This document shows, in pieces, positions 49,959-58,838 of a stretch of DNA of 64,000 nt. The DNA is taken from assembly GCA_963821375.1 (NCBI GenBank), contig CAWGDN010000001.1, positions 136,580 to 200,579 on the forward strand. The letters run 5' to 3'. Below the pieces are notes generated by a model. The model had not been told where the DNA came from. It was given only the letters and a program-made list of their open reading frames with translations, and searched no databases. The stretch comes from Vicinamibacterales bacterium. Lineage in GTDB: Bacteria > Acidobacteriota > Vicinamibacteria > Vicinamibacterales > JAMQPK01. The stretch's first letter is position 1. Every line of letters starts with the position of its first letter. A program made the position numbers and the translations under genes.

Positions 49959-51686
49959 CTAGTCCGGCAGCGCGAAGGTGAACATCGTCAAGCCGGCAAT
50001 CGCCGTCACGTACTGCTTGCCGTTCACCGCGTAGGTGATCGGATTGTTGAGCATCTGCGCACCGAGGTTCTTCCGCCAGAGCAGCGCACCCGTTCGCGCA
50101 TCCAGAATCTGAAAGTATCCCTCACGCCCGCCAGTGATCAACAAATCGGTCGCCGTCGTCGTGATTCCGACGTCGGTGACGTCGAACATGCCGAACCGCC
50201 ACCGCGGCTTCCCGGTGGACGGATCGATCGCGACCACCGCGCCGTTACCGGCGGCATCGGTCCAGGTGTTGATCGGTCCTCGACGGAGTGAAGGAACGCT
50301 CGGCGCGCCCGGGATTCCCCTGGAGGGGCCGTCCGGAGATGGGACAAACGGCTGAATATTCCCGCCGCCAAACATGCGGCCCGTCGGCTTGTACTCGACC
50401 GGCACGCCGGCGTAGATCTCTGCGTTCTCCTCCCAAATCGACACGTACATCAAACCGGTGCGAGGGCTGAAGGACGGCGAATACCAGTTTGTAATGCCCT
50501 GATGACCCGGATAGGTCGGCACACCAGGCGGCTGCCGCGTCTGGATGGGCCGGCCATTCGCATCGAACCCGCTCATCCAGTTCACCTTCCCCATCGGCGT
50601 TCCCGACAGGAACTTCCCGTTCGTCCGGTCGAGCACGTAATAGATGCCGTTTCGGTTGGCCCAGAGCAACGCCTTCATCGGCGCGCCTCGGAACGTGATG
50701 TCGGCGAGCACCGGTATCTGGACCGCGTCGAAGTCGTAGACATCGTGAGGCGTGAACTGGTAGTGCCACTTCAACTGTCCCGTGTCGACATCCAGCGCGA
50801 CGACGGTGTTGGTGTAGAGGTTGTCGCCCGGCCGCTGATCGCCGCTGTAGTCGGGAGACGGGTTGCCGACTCCCCAGTACGTGAGGTTCAGCTCTGGATC
50901 ATAGGACCCCGTCACCCAGATCGACCCGCCTCCGTGCGTCCACGCCTGCGGATCGCAGTACGTCGTCGGATTCGGTGGACACTGCTCCCAGGTCTCGTGT
51001 CCCGGCTCGCCAGGTCCCGGGACTGTGTTGAACCGCCACCGTTCCTTTCCGGTCTTCGCATCGTAGGCGACGAGCAGGCCGCGGATCCCATACTCCCCTC
51101 CGCCCGCGCCGACGATCACGAGGTCCTTGATGGCGAGCGGGGCGACCGTGCCCGAATAGCCGAGCTTGCTCTCGCCGAACTTGGACCTCCAGAGTTCGGT
51201 GCCATCCCTCGCATCGATCGCCACAAGGTGCGCATCGAGCGTCGCCATGAACAGCGTTTCGCCGAGGATCGCCAGTCCGCGATTCGGGCCGCCGCAGCAG
51301 ACACCCAGTTCGGCGGAGTTGTTGTAGCGATAGATCCAGAACACGCGTCCAGTCGCCGCGTCGAGCGCAACCACGTCGTTGGGGCGCTGAGTCAGGTACA
51401 TGATCCCGTCGACAACCAGCGGCGTGGCCTGCCAGCCTCCGGTAACCGTCGGCCACTGATACGTCCAGGCCAGATTCAAGCTCTTCACGTTGGCCGGGGT
51501 GATCTGGGTGAGGCGGCTGTAATGCTGACTCAGATAGTCGCCGCCGTACGTCAGCCAGTTGTGCGGCTCCTTGGCAGCCGCAACGATCCGTTCGTAGGAC
51601 ACCGGAGTCTGCGCCCACACGCGCAGGGACAGCATCAGGCCGACGGTCAATGCCAAAATGGAGGCGCGGCGCCAGTGCGAGATCAT
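49959..51686 (-). CDS. PQQ-dependent dehydrogenase, methanol/ethanol family (tandem copy B)
   Basis: QATPLVVDG, VCCGG, GGEYGIRG, GVGNP, HDVYDFD, ANRNG. Confidence 0.92.
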   Translation of the reverse strand: MISHWRRASILALTVGLMLSLRVWAQTPVSYERIVAAAKEPHNWLTYGGDYLSQHYSRLTQITPANVKSLNLAWTYQWPTVTGGWQATPLVVDGIMYLTQRPNDVVALDAATGRVFWIYRYNNSAELGVCCGGPNRGLAILGETLFMATLDAHLVAIDARDGTELWRSKFGESKLGYSGTVAPLAIKDLVIVGAGGGEYGIRGLLVAYDAKTGKERWRFNTVPGPGEPGHETWEQCPPNPTTYCDPQAWTHGGGSIWVTGSYDPELNLTYWGVGNPSPDYSGDQRPGDNLYTNTVVALDVDTGQLKWHYQFTPHDVYDFDAVQIPVLADITFRGAPMKALLWANRNGIYYVLDRTNGKFLSGTPMGKVNWMSGFDANGRPIQTRQPPGVPTYPGHQGITNWYSPSFSPRTGLMYVSIWEENAEIYAGVPVEYKPTGRMFGGGNIQPFVPSPDGPSRGIPGAPSVPSLRRGPINTWTDAAGNGAVVAIDPSTGKPRWRFGMFDVTDVGITTTATDLLITGGREGYFQILDARTGALLWRKNLGAQMLNNPITYAVNGKQYVTAIAGLTMFTFALPD

Positions 51687-51726
51687 TGCGTTCCTTTCAG
51701 CGTCAGGAGGTCCGTCGCACGACCGT

Positions 51727-53455
51727 CTAGTCCGGCAGCGAGAACGTGAACATCGTCAGCCCGGCGATGGCCGTCACGTACTGCTTTCCGCTCACGGCAT
51801 AGGTGATCGGATTGCTCAGCATCTGCGCGCCGAGGTTTCTTCGCCACAGCAACGCGCCGGTTCGCGCATCCAGAAGCTGAAGGTAACCCTCGCGCCCACC
51901 GGTGATGAGGAGATCGGTCGCTGTTGTCGTGATTCCGACGTCGGTCACATCGAACATCCCGAAGCGCCAGCGCGGTTTCCCGGTGGCCGGATCGATCGCG
52001 ATTACGGCGCCGTTGCCGGCAGCATCGGTCCAGGTGTTGATCGGACCCCGCCGCAGCGACGGCACGCTGGGGGCGCCTGGAATCCCCCTGCCGGTGTCCT
52101 CGGGCGACGGCACGAACGGTCGCAGCTGCCCCCCACCAAACGACCGCCCGGTTGCTTTGTACTCGACCGGGACTCCCGCGTAGATCTCTGCATTCTCTTC
52201 CCAGATGGAGACGTACATCAGACCGGTGCGCGGACTGAACGATGGCGAATACCAGTTCGTAATGCCCTGATGCCCCGGATAGGTCGGCACACCAGGCGGC
52301 TGCCGCGTCTGCACTTGGCCGGCCATTCGCATCGAACCCGCTCATCCAGTTCACCTTCCCCATCGGCGTTCCCGACAGGAACTTCCCGTTCGTCCGGTCG
52401 AGCACGTAATAGATGCCGTTTCGGTTGGCCCAGAGCAACGCCTTCATCGGCGCGCCTCGGAACGTGATGTCGGCGAGCACCGGTATCTGGACCGCGTCGA
52501 AGTCGTAGACATCGTGAGGCGTGAACTGGTAGTGCCACTTCAACTGTCCCGTGTCGACATCCAGCGCGACGACGGTGTTGGTGTAGAGGTTGTCGCCCGG
52601 CCGCTGATCGCCGCTGTAGTCGGGCGACGGGTTGCCGACTCCCCAGTACGTGAGGTTCAGCTCTGGATCGTAGGACCCCGTCACCCAGATCGACCCGCCT
52701 CCGTGCGTCCACGCCTGCGGATCGCAGTACGTCGTCGGATTCGGTGGACACTGCTCCCAGGTCTCGTGTCCCGGCTCGCCAGGTCCCGGGACTGTGTTGA
52801 ACCGCCACCGTTCCTTTCCGGTCTTGGCATCGTAGGCGACGAGCAGGCCGCGGATCCCATACTCCCCTCCGCCCGCGCCGACGATCACGAGGTCCTTGAT
52901 GGCGAGCGGGGCGACCGTGCCCGAATAGCCGAGCTTGCTCTCGCCGAACTTGGACCTCCAGAGTTCGGTGCCATCCCTCGCATCGATCGCCACAAGGTGC
53001 GCATCGAGCGTCGCCATGAACAGCGTTTCGCCGAGGATCGCCAGTCCGCGATTCGGGCCGCCGCAGCAGACACCCAGTTCGGCGGAGTTGTTGTAGCGAT
53101 AGATCCAGAACACGCGTCCAGTCGCCGCGTCGAGCGCAACCACGTCGTTGGGGCGCTGAGTCAGGTACATGATCCCGTCGACAACCAGCGGCGTGGCCTG
53201 CCAGCCTCCGGTAACCGTCGGCCACTGATACGTCCAGGCCAGATTCAAGCTCTTCACGTTGGCCGGGGTGATCTGGGTGAGGCGGCTGTAATGCTGACTC
53301 AGATAGTCGCCGCCGTACGTCAGCCAGTTGTGCGGCTCCTTGGCAGCCGCAACGATCCGTTCGTAGGACACCGGAGTCTGCGCCCACACGCGCAGGGACA
53401 GCATCAGGCCGACGGTCCATGCCAAAATGAAGGCGCGGCGCCAATGCGAGATCAC
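51727..53455 (-). CDS. PQQ-dependent dehydrogenase (tandem copy A), apparent frameshift near 52315
   Basis: Near-identical to 49959-51686; C-terminus continues in ORF 51727-52332. Confidence 0.88.
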
Positions 53456-54268
53456 TGCGTTCCCTTCAACGTCAGGAGGTAGCTGACCACGTTAGACAGT
53501 TCCTCGCTGGTCAGCTCTTTCTGATATGACGGCATCCCGGCCTTCGTCAGCACTCGAAACTCCTTGAGCTCAGGCTTGCTGAATGAGGCCAGTCGTCCCT
53601 CTTCCGTGACGATCTGCACCGTATACGTATCTTCGTTCAATCGTCGTCCGTTGATGACGGTGCCGTTTCTGGTGACGATGCGAACGGGGCGGTTGATCGG
53701 CCAGAGCTGGCCGTCGGGATCGACGAGTGAGCGCTCGATGATGCCGGCGCTCTTCGTTGCACCGACTGCGGACAAGTTCGGTCCCTTGTAACTTCCACGC
53801 CCGTCGATGCGATGGCAGGTCAGGCACCCCCCTTTGCCCTCGACGATCGCCCGGCCGAGCTTCGGGGTTCCCGGGCTTGAGCGAGCCGGCATCGATCGCA
53901 TTCATGTTGCGCAGATAGGCGACGAGGCCGCCGAGATCCACCGGATCGAGCTTGGTGGGAGGCATGCCGGCCGTCGGAAATCCGTTCGTGATCACCATTC
54001 GAAGCTGCTGATCCGTCGTGGCGCTGCGAAACTTTCCGCTCGCGAGATTGAAGCCGCTGACGCCCTGCCCATCTGGGCCGTGACAACGATCGCAGTTCTC
54101 GGCATATACCCTCAAGCCATGCTCGATGTCTGCGCGCGGGTAGAGCTCCCCGTGTCCCGCCGCGACCCCCTGCGGTGCGGCCGGTGCCTGCGCCGCGCGA
54201 ACCAACGTCATTGTGCCGAACATCGCAAGACACGCGAGAACTATCGTAGGGATTCGTGTCATAGGCAT
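53452..54268 (-). CDS. Di-heme cytochrome c, apparent frameshift near 53870
   Basis: CDRCH..AGMP and CLTCH..AGMPSY; GTGA coupling to the dehydrogenase; paralog of 38314. Confidence 0.85.
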
Positions 54269-54274
54269 TTACGC

Positions 54275-54307
54275 AAAAGGCACGGCGCCGTTACGGCGCC
54301 GTGCCTT
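54275..54307 (-). terminator. Intrinsic terminator/attenuator hairpin between TBDR and cytochrome
   Basis: AAGGCACGGCGCCG-taa-CGGCGCCGTGCCTT, a 14-bp stem ending in TTTT on the minus strand. Confidence 0.7.
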
Positions 54308-54344
54308 GAACATTAGCTCGAACAGCCGCCGAGTGGAAGCGATG

Positions 54345-57300
54345 TTAGAAGGTGAAGTGCAACCCCAGCTGCATGAGCCGCGCATCGCCGGCGCTCTGGA
54401 TCTGACCCATTTGGGCCGAGTTGAGAGCGCTGTTCGGGTTGTTCAGATTCACCCTGTTCAGCAGGTTGAATACCTCGATCCGCAGTTCCAGCGCCCGGCG
54501 CGCGGCACTGCCCATCGCGAACCGCTTGACCAGCGACATGTCAAAGGTGACGGTCCCTGGCCCGATGATGGAATTGCGAGGGGTATTGCCAAACGACCCT
54601 TCCGCCGGCAGCACGAACGCCGTCTTGTCGAAATAGGCCGCGATCAGCTCGTCCTGCGGGCGATCAGTGGGGAGCTCCGGGTCCTTGATTTGATTCGGCC
54701 GCTGCGGGCCCAGACCACGCGAGGACGCCCCGAGCAGCGCCCGGTCCACCCCGCTCGTCACATTCACGGGCTGACCCGAGAGGAACGAGGCGATGCCCGC
54801 CACCCGCCAGCCGCCGAGCACGAAGCCCACGGCCGACGGTTCGTTGAAGAACGGGAGCTCCCACACGCCGTTCACGCGCAGGATATTACGACGGTCGAAG
54901 TCGGAGTATGCCCACTCACCATCGTGTGGGTCATACGGGCTCTGTGCCGAAGCCGAAGTGCTTGTCTGGGACCGATCGTCCTTCGAGTAGGCGAGCGCGT
55001 AGGTGCCCTGCAGCGTGTACCCTCGTGAGTATCTCTTCGTCAGCGTGAGCTGCAGCGAGTTGAACTCGGACGTGGAATCCGAGAAGTAGCTCGGAAGGCT
55101 GGTGAACGACGTCGGATCGATCGGCCGGCGCGCCTGCGCGTTCGCCGCCGTCGCACCCGGGCCATAGACGGCCGCGTTGATCTCGCGCCCATACAGCATG
55201 TTCCGGCCCTGGCTCCCGACATAACCGATCATCGCGATCAGGTCCCGTCCGAACTGCTGCTGAAGGTTCACGTTGTACTGGCGCATGTACGCCGTCTCGA
55301 ATCCCGGGTTGTAATTGAACGCCTGAGTGGGAAGCGTGAATCGCTGGGCTGCGCTCTCATCGTAGAGGAACGGGAACGGCTGGACTATGCCGGCGTAGGC
55401 GTTGTACGACTGCACGTTGTTGGGCAGCGAGCGGACCACATTCTGCGTGAACGGCACGTTTTCGTTCTGCTGCTCGATCGCCTGCGCCGGCATCGGCAGG
55501 TAATAGATGCCCCAGCCCGCACGCAGGGACGTGCGGCCGTTGCCTCGCACATCCCAAGCGGCGCCGAGTCTCGGCGCGAAGTTGTTCTTGTCGGCCTCAA
55601 TGATCGTATCGGGAATCCCCGCATCGCCCGGCGCGACAAGCCCCCTGGGCGCGGTCGGGAACCGCGTCGACTGCTGATCCTGCCGGAACGTGGAGGCGTA
55701 CAGATTCTTCTCGACCCAGGTTTCCCCTGCTTCATACCGGAGTCCGAGGTTCAACGTGAACCGCCCGAACTTCACGTCGTCCTGGACGTAGAGACGGACG
55801 GGTGTCTGATCCTCTTGACTGCAGAAACAGGAGTACTGCGAGAAATTGGTGGTATTGCCCAACAGGAAGTCCGCCATCGCATTGCCTGTGAAGCTTCCGT
55901 TATAGGGGATGACACCGCCGACCTGGAATGGGAAGTACGAGCGGTTCTGCTGCCAGTGGTACGAGCCGCCGAAGGTGACCGCATGCCGTGTCGGGGACCA
56001 TGACATCTTGTAGTCGACCTGGGCGAGACGGCCGCGCTCGTTCCAGTTCTGATTGCCAGACGACAAGCTGAACCCGCCACCGGTCACCGACACCTGCGGC
56101 ACGATGGCAGCCGGCTCGGGGAGGTTGCTGGAGCGCCACAATGCTCCCAGTTGCTCCGGGCTCTTGTTGTTCGGCGACCATCCCTGGTCGGTGGTGATCG
56201 TGGTATAGGTGAACCGGCCCTCGCCGATCAGATTATTCCGATAGATCTTCGTGGTCGAGGCGGCCGTCCCTTGCACCACGTTCGAGATGTCATAGTTCAA
56301 CGCATTGATGGTGCCGTTGGCAGTGGTGCCGTTGGTCTTGTTCCAGTAGTACCGCACGTTGACGGTGTCGGAATCCGTGAACCGGTGGTCGATCTTGAAG
56401 GTCACCTGATTCCCGTCGGTCGGGCGATCGACCAGTTCGACCCGCTCCACGCCGCTCGTCGGCAACTGGAGATACGTATTCATAATGTTGACCGACATGG
56501 GATCGAACCGGCTGACAGGAATCTGTCTGTTCGGAAACGGTTGGCCCGTCAGCGGATCATTGAGATTTCCCGTAGTGCCGCTGAAATCGCCATTCCGCTG
56601 GGCCGCCGTAGGCACGTTGTAACGGTTGATGGCTTGAGTCTCGATGCGCAACGCTTCGTAGTTGCCGAAGAAGAACGTCCGGTTCTGGAAAATCGGTCCC
56701 CCGAACGTGGCGCCGAACTGGTTCTGGTTCAGCTTCGCTTTGGAGGGCGCGAAGAAGTTCTTCTGGCTCATCGCGTCGTTGCGGAAGTATTCCCAGGCGG
56801 TGCCTGAAAAATTGTTCGTGCCCGACTTGGTGATCGCCATCAGCGTGGCGCCGCCGGCCTCGCCGTACTCAGCCGGGTAGGTACTCGTCAATACCTGAAA
56901 TTCCTGGAGCGAGTCTGGCGACGGCAGGCTCTGCGCCGTGTTGAACGCAGCGGTGCGCATCGACGCGCCGTCGAGCATCACGTTGCTCTGATTGGGGCGC
57001 GCCCCGCTCGCCGAAATGGTCGGACCCTGCCGCTGGTTCACGTTGGTCTGGGGCAAGGTCGCCGACCCCACACCCGGTGTCAGCAGCGCGAGGTTGAGCA
57101 CGCCGCGCCCGACCATCGGCAGCTTCTCCAGGCGCTCTCGATCGATGACGGTTCCCACTGATGACGAATTCGTATCGACGAAGACCGTTTCGCCGGTGAC
57201 CGTGATCTGCTCGCTGATCGACCCGAGTTCCAGGCGGCCATCCACGCGCTGGTTCTGCCCGACTTCGATTCGAATCGCGTCGTAGCGTGATTGCTTGAAC

Positions 57301-57584
57301 CCGTCGAGCGAGATATCCACGCGATACTGCCCCGGCGGCAGCAGCGGGATCGCGTAGCTGCCGGTGGCCTCGCTCGTGGTCGAGCGCACCTGACCGGTGT
57401 CGACATTGGTCACGGTCACGGTTGCGCCGGGCAACACGCCACCGGACGTGTCCGCTACCGTGCCGAGAATCTGTCCGGTGGTCGCCTGGCCGTAACCGGG
57501 CGCAGCCACCAGCGTAAGTACAAAAAGCATCACCACACTGACGGTCACAAGCTGACGACTTTGCCAACATTTCAGGTCGGTCAT
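54345..57584 (-). CDS. TonB-dependent receptor with CarboxypepD_reg domain
   Basis: GAGGAG RBS; GTVADTSGGVLPGATVT, ITKSGTN, NQFGATFGGP, NNFAPRLG, QLGLHFTF. Confidence 0.92.
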   Translation of the reverse strand: MTDLKCWQSRQLVTVSVVMLFVLTLVAAPGYGQATTGQILGTVADTSGGVLPGATVTVTNVDTGQVRSTTSEATGSYAIPLLPPGQYRVDISLDGFKQSRYDAIRIEVGQNQRVDGRLELGSISEQITVTGETVFVDTNSSSVGTVIDRERLEKLPMVGRGVLNLALLTPGVGSATLPQTNVNQRQGPTISASGARPNQSNVMLDGASMRTAAFNTAQSLPSPDSLQEFQVLTSTYPAEYGEAGGATLMAITKSGTNNFSGTAWEYFRNDAMSQKNFFAPSKAKLNQNQFGATFGGPIFQNRTFFFGNYEALRIETQAINRYNVPTAAQRNGDFSGTTGNLNDPLTGQPFPNRQIPVSRFDPMSVNIMNTYLQLPTSGVERVELVDRPTDGNQVTFKIDHRFTDSDTVNVRYYWNKTNGTTANGTINALNYDISNVVQGTAASTTKIYRNNLIGEGRFTYTTITTDQGWSPNNKSPEQLGALWRSSNLPEPAAIVPQVSVTGGGFSLSSGNQNWNERGRLAQVDYKMSWSPTRHAVTFGGSYHWQQNRSYFPFQVGGVIPYNGSFTGNAMADFLLGNTTNFSQYSCFCSQEDQTPVRLYVQDDVKFGRFTLNLGLRYEAGETWVEKNLYASTFRQDQQSTRFPTAPRGLVAPGDAGIPDTIIEADKNNFAPRLGAAWDVRGNGRTSLRAGWGIYYLPMPAQAIEQQNENVPFTQNVVRSLPNNVQSYNAYAGIVQPFPFLYDESAAQRFTLPTQAFNYNPGFETAYMRQYNVNLQQQFGRDLIAMIGYVGSQGRNMLYGREINAAVYGPGATAANAQARRPIDPTSFTSLPSYFSDSTSEFNSLQLTLTKRYSRGYTLQGTYALAYSKDDRSQTSTSASAQSPYDPHDGEWAYSDFDRRNILRVNGVWELPFFNEPSAVGFVLGGWRVAGIASFLSGQPVNVTSGVDRALLGASSRGLGPQRPNQIKDPELPTDRPQDELIAAYFDKTAFVLPAEGSFGNTPRNSIIGPGTVTFDMSLVKRFAMGSAARRALELRIEVFNLLNRVNLNNPNSALNSAQMGQIQSAGDARLMQLGLHFTF

Positions 57585-57611
57585 CGGAGGCTCCTCTCGT
57601 ATTTCATCTGA

Positions 57612-58523
57612 CTATTTCATTTTCATTTCATGCTCGCCCGGACTCAGCGGGCGAATCTCGATGTTTCGAAACCAAATCTCCGCGAACTCAATCTCTATCG
57701 CGATCTTTCCGCGATCCAGTCTCTTGAAGGTGTCCCCAGTCGGGACCTGCTGCGACGCATTAGCCGTGGGACCTAAGTTGGCAGGCGAAGGCGGATCGGG
57801 CGCCTGCATGTTGAAGAGGGTATTGACCAGGCGACCATTGACCAGATAAGCCGCGCGATCATCCCTCGCGATGATCTCGAGCTGATTCCAATCCTCGAGC
57901 TTTTCAAAATCAGCATTCTTCCGCCATCCCCGAGGCTGCCCCGGCCCTCCCACCGTCACGATGTTCGGGTTGTTCGGCATCGGTGGGTTGGGCCACGTCG
58001 GATTTCCTCCGGCGGCATTCGGTACTGGCGCAGCGGTCACGAATCGAGTGCCATTGACCGCAAGGACGTCTCCGGTATCGGATTCCTGAATCTGAAAGTG
58101 CATGCCCGTCGGCCAGACGCGATCCGGAGCGATCATGTGGAAATAGATACCGCTGTCGCGTTTGTACATGAGGCGCGGCGCGTATCGGGCACTGCCCCAC
58201 TTGTATTCCACACGGAAGTGATAGTTGCTGTACTCCTGGTTGGTGGCCAGGTAGCCTCCCTCCACGTAGCCTTGGGGACCATTGCCAAGGATGTGGAGCA
58301 TGCCGTCTTCAATCCGCACATACCCGGTCGGGTCGTTGTTCTTGCCTGATCTCACCAGGAACGTGTACCACCCGTCCAAGTTCTTGCCGTTGAAGAGAGG
58401 GCTCCAGCCATCGGCGCCCGCCGTCGGGAAGACCGAGCTCGCCGTCTGCGCTCGCGCGGATCTCACGCCAATGGGACTTGCCAGTGCCGCCAGACCGGTT
58501 GCCAGGAAATCGCGCCGATTCAT
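57612..58523 (-). CDS. Tat-exported DUF1080 family protein
   Basis: GGAGGT RBS; MNRRDFL; WSPLFNGKNLDGW, RDSG, FRNIEIRPL; paralog of 44373. Confidence 0.85.
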   Translation of the reverse strand: MNRRDFLATGLAALASPIGVRSARAQTASSVFPTAGADGWSPLFNGKNLDGWYTFLVRSGKNNDPTGYVRIEDGMLHILGNGPQGYVEGGYLATNQEYSNYHFRVEYKWGSARYAPRLMYKRDSGIYFHMIAPDRVWPTGMHFQIQESDTGDVLAVNGTRFVTAAPVPNAAGGNPTWPNPPMPNNPNIVTVGGPGQPRGWRKNADFEKLEDWNQLEIIARDDRAAYLVNGRLVNTLFNMQAPDPPSPANLGPTANASQQVPTGDTFKRLDRGKIAIEIEFAEIWFRNIEIRPLSPGEHEMKMK

Positions 58524-58562
58524 CGCACCTCCGCAGTCGTGGAGCTTCTGTGGGTTGAACAG

Positions 58563-58655
58563 TAGCACGTGTGGAAGCGGTTCCTCAATCGCGTGTTCTC
58601 TATTGTTCGGCTGTTGTGCTCGGCTAAGACCCGTCGCATAAATCGGCGACAAATC
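58563..58655 (+). repeat. Promoter cassette copy 2, containing LacI-type site 7 (58572-58585) and a dead gene start
   Basis: TGGAAGCGGTTCCT; ATA AAT CGG CGA CAA ATC aligns with ATG AAT CGA CGA CAA TTC at 39291. Confidence 0.8.
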
Positions 58656-58838
58656 GTCGAATTTGGGCTTTACGCAGGATTCTTGCCAAACAGAAGGCTC
58701 CCAGAGACGAGAAATCCCCTTACAGCCCTCCGCTATGTTTCAGATCATGTCGCACTGGCTGCGACAGTTGCCGCACTCTGCAACGGCTTGATTTTCTAAA
58801 CGTTCCAAATATATGGATCACCCGCGAGTCAGAAGTCC

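Larger units (their letters stand above)
49959..53480 (-). repeat. Tandem duplication of about 1.75 kb (49959-51711 and 51727-53480)
   Basis: Offset about 1769 bp; each unit includes the last codons (LLTLKGTQ) of the upstream cytochrome gene. Confidence 0.95.

Noticed and set aside
51683-53455. 590-aa PQQ protein with a novel C-terminus ending LLTLKGTQ
   Set aside because: Frameshift read-through into the duplicated cytochrome tail; the true C-terminus is in ORF 51727-52332.
36549-53455. Methylotrophy (xoxF/mxaF) assignment
   Set aside because: No xoxJ/mxaI-type partners or C1 genes, and the context is sugar catabolism, so no gene symbol is given.
58794-58807. Possible eighth operator (tctaaacgttcca)
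   Set aside because: Only the right half matches and it lies downstream of the MFS stop, not at an operon head.
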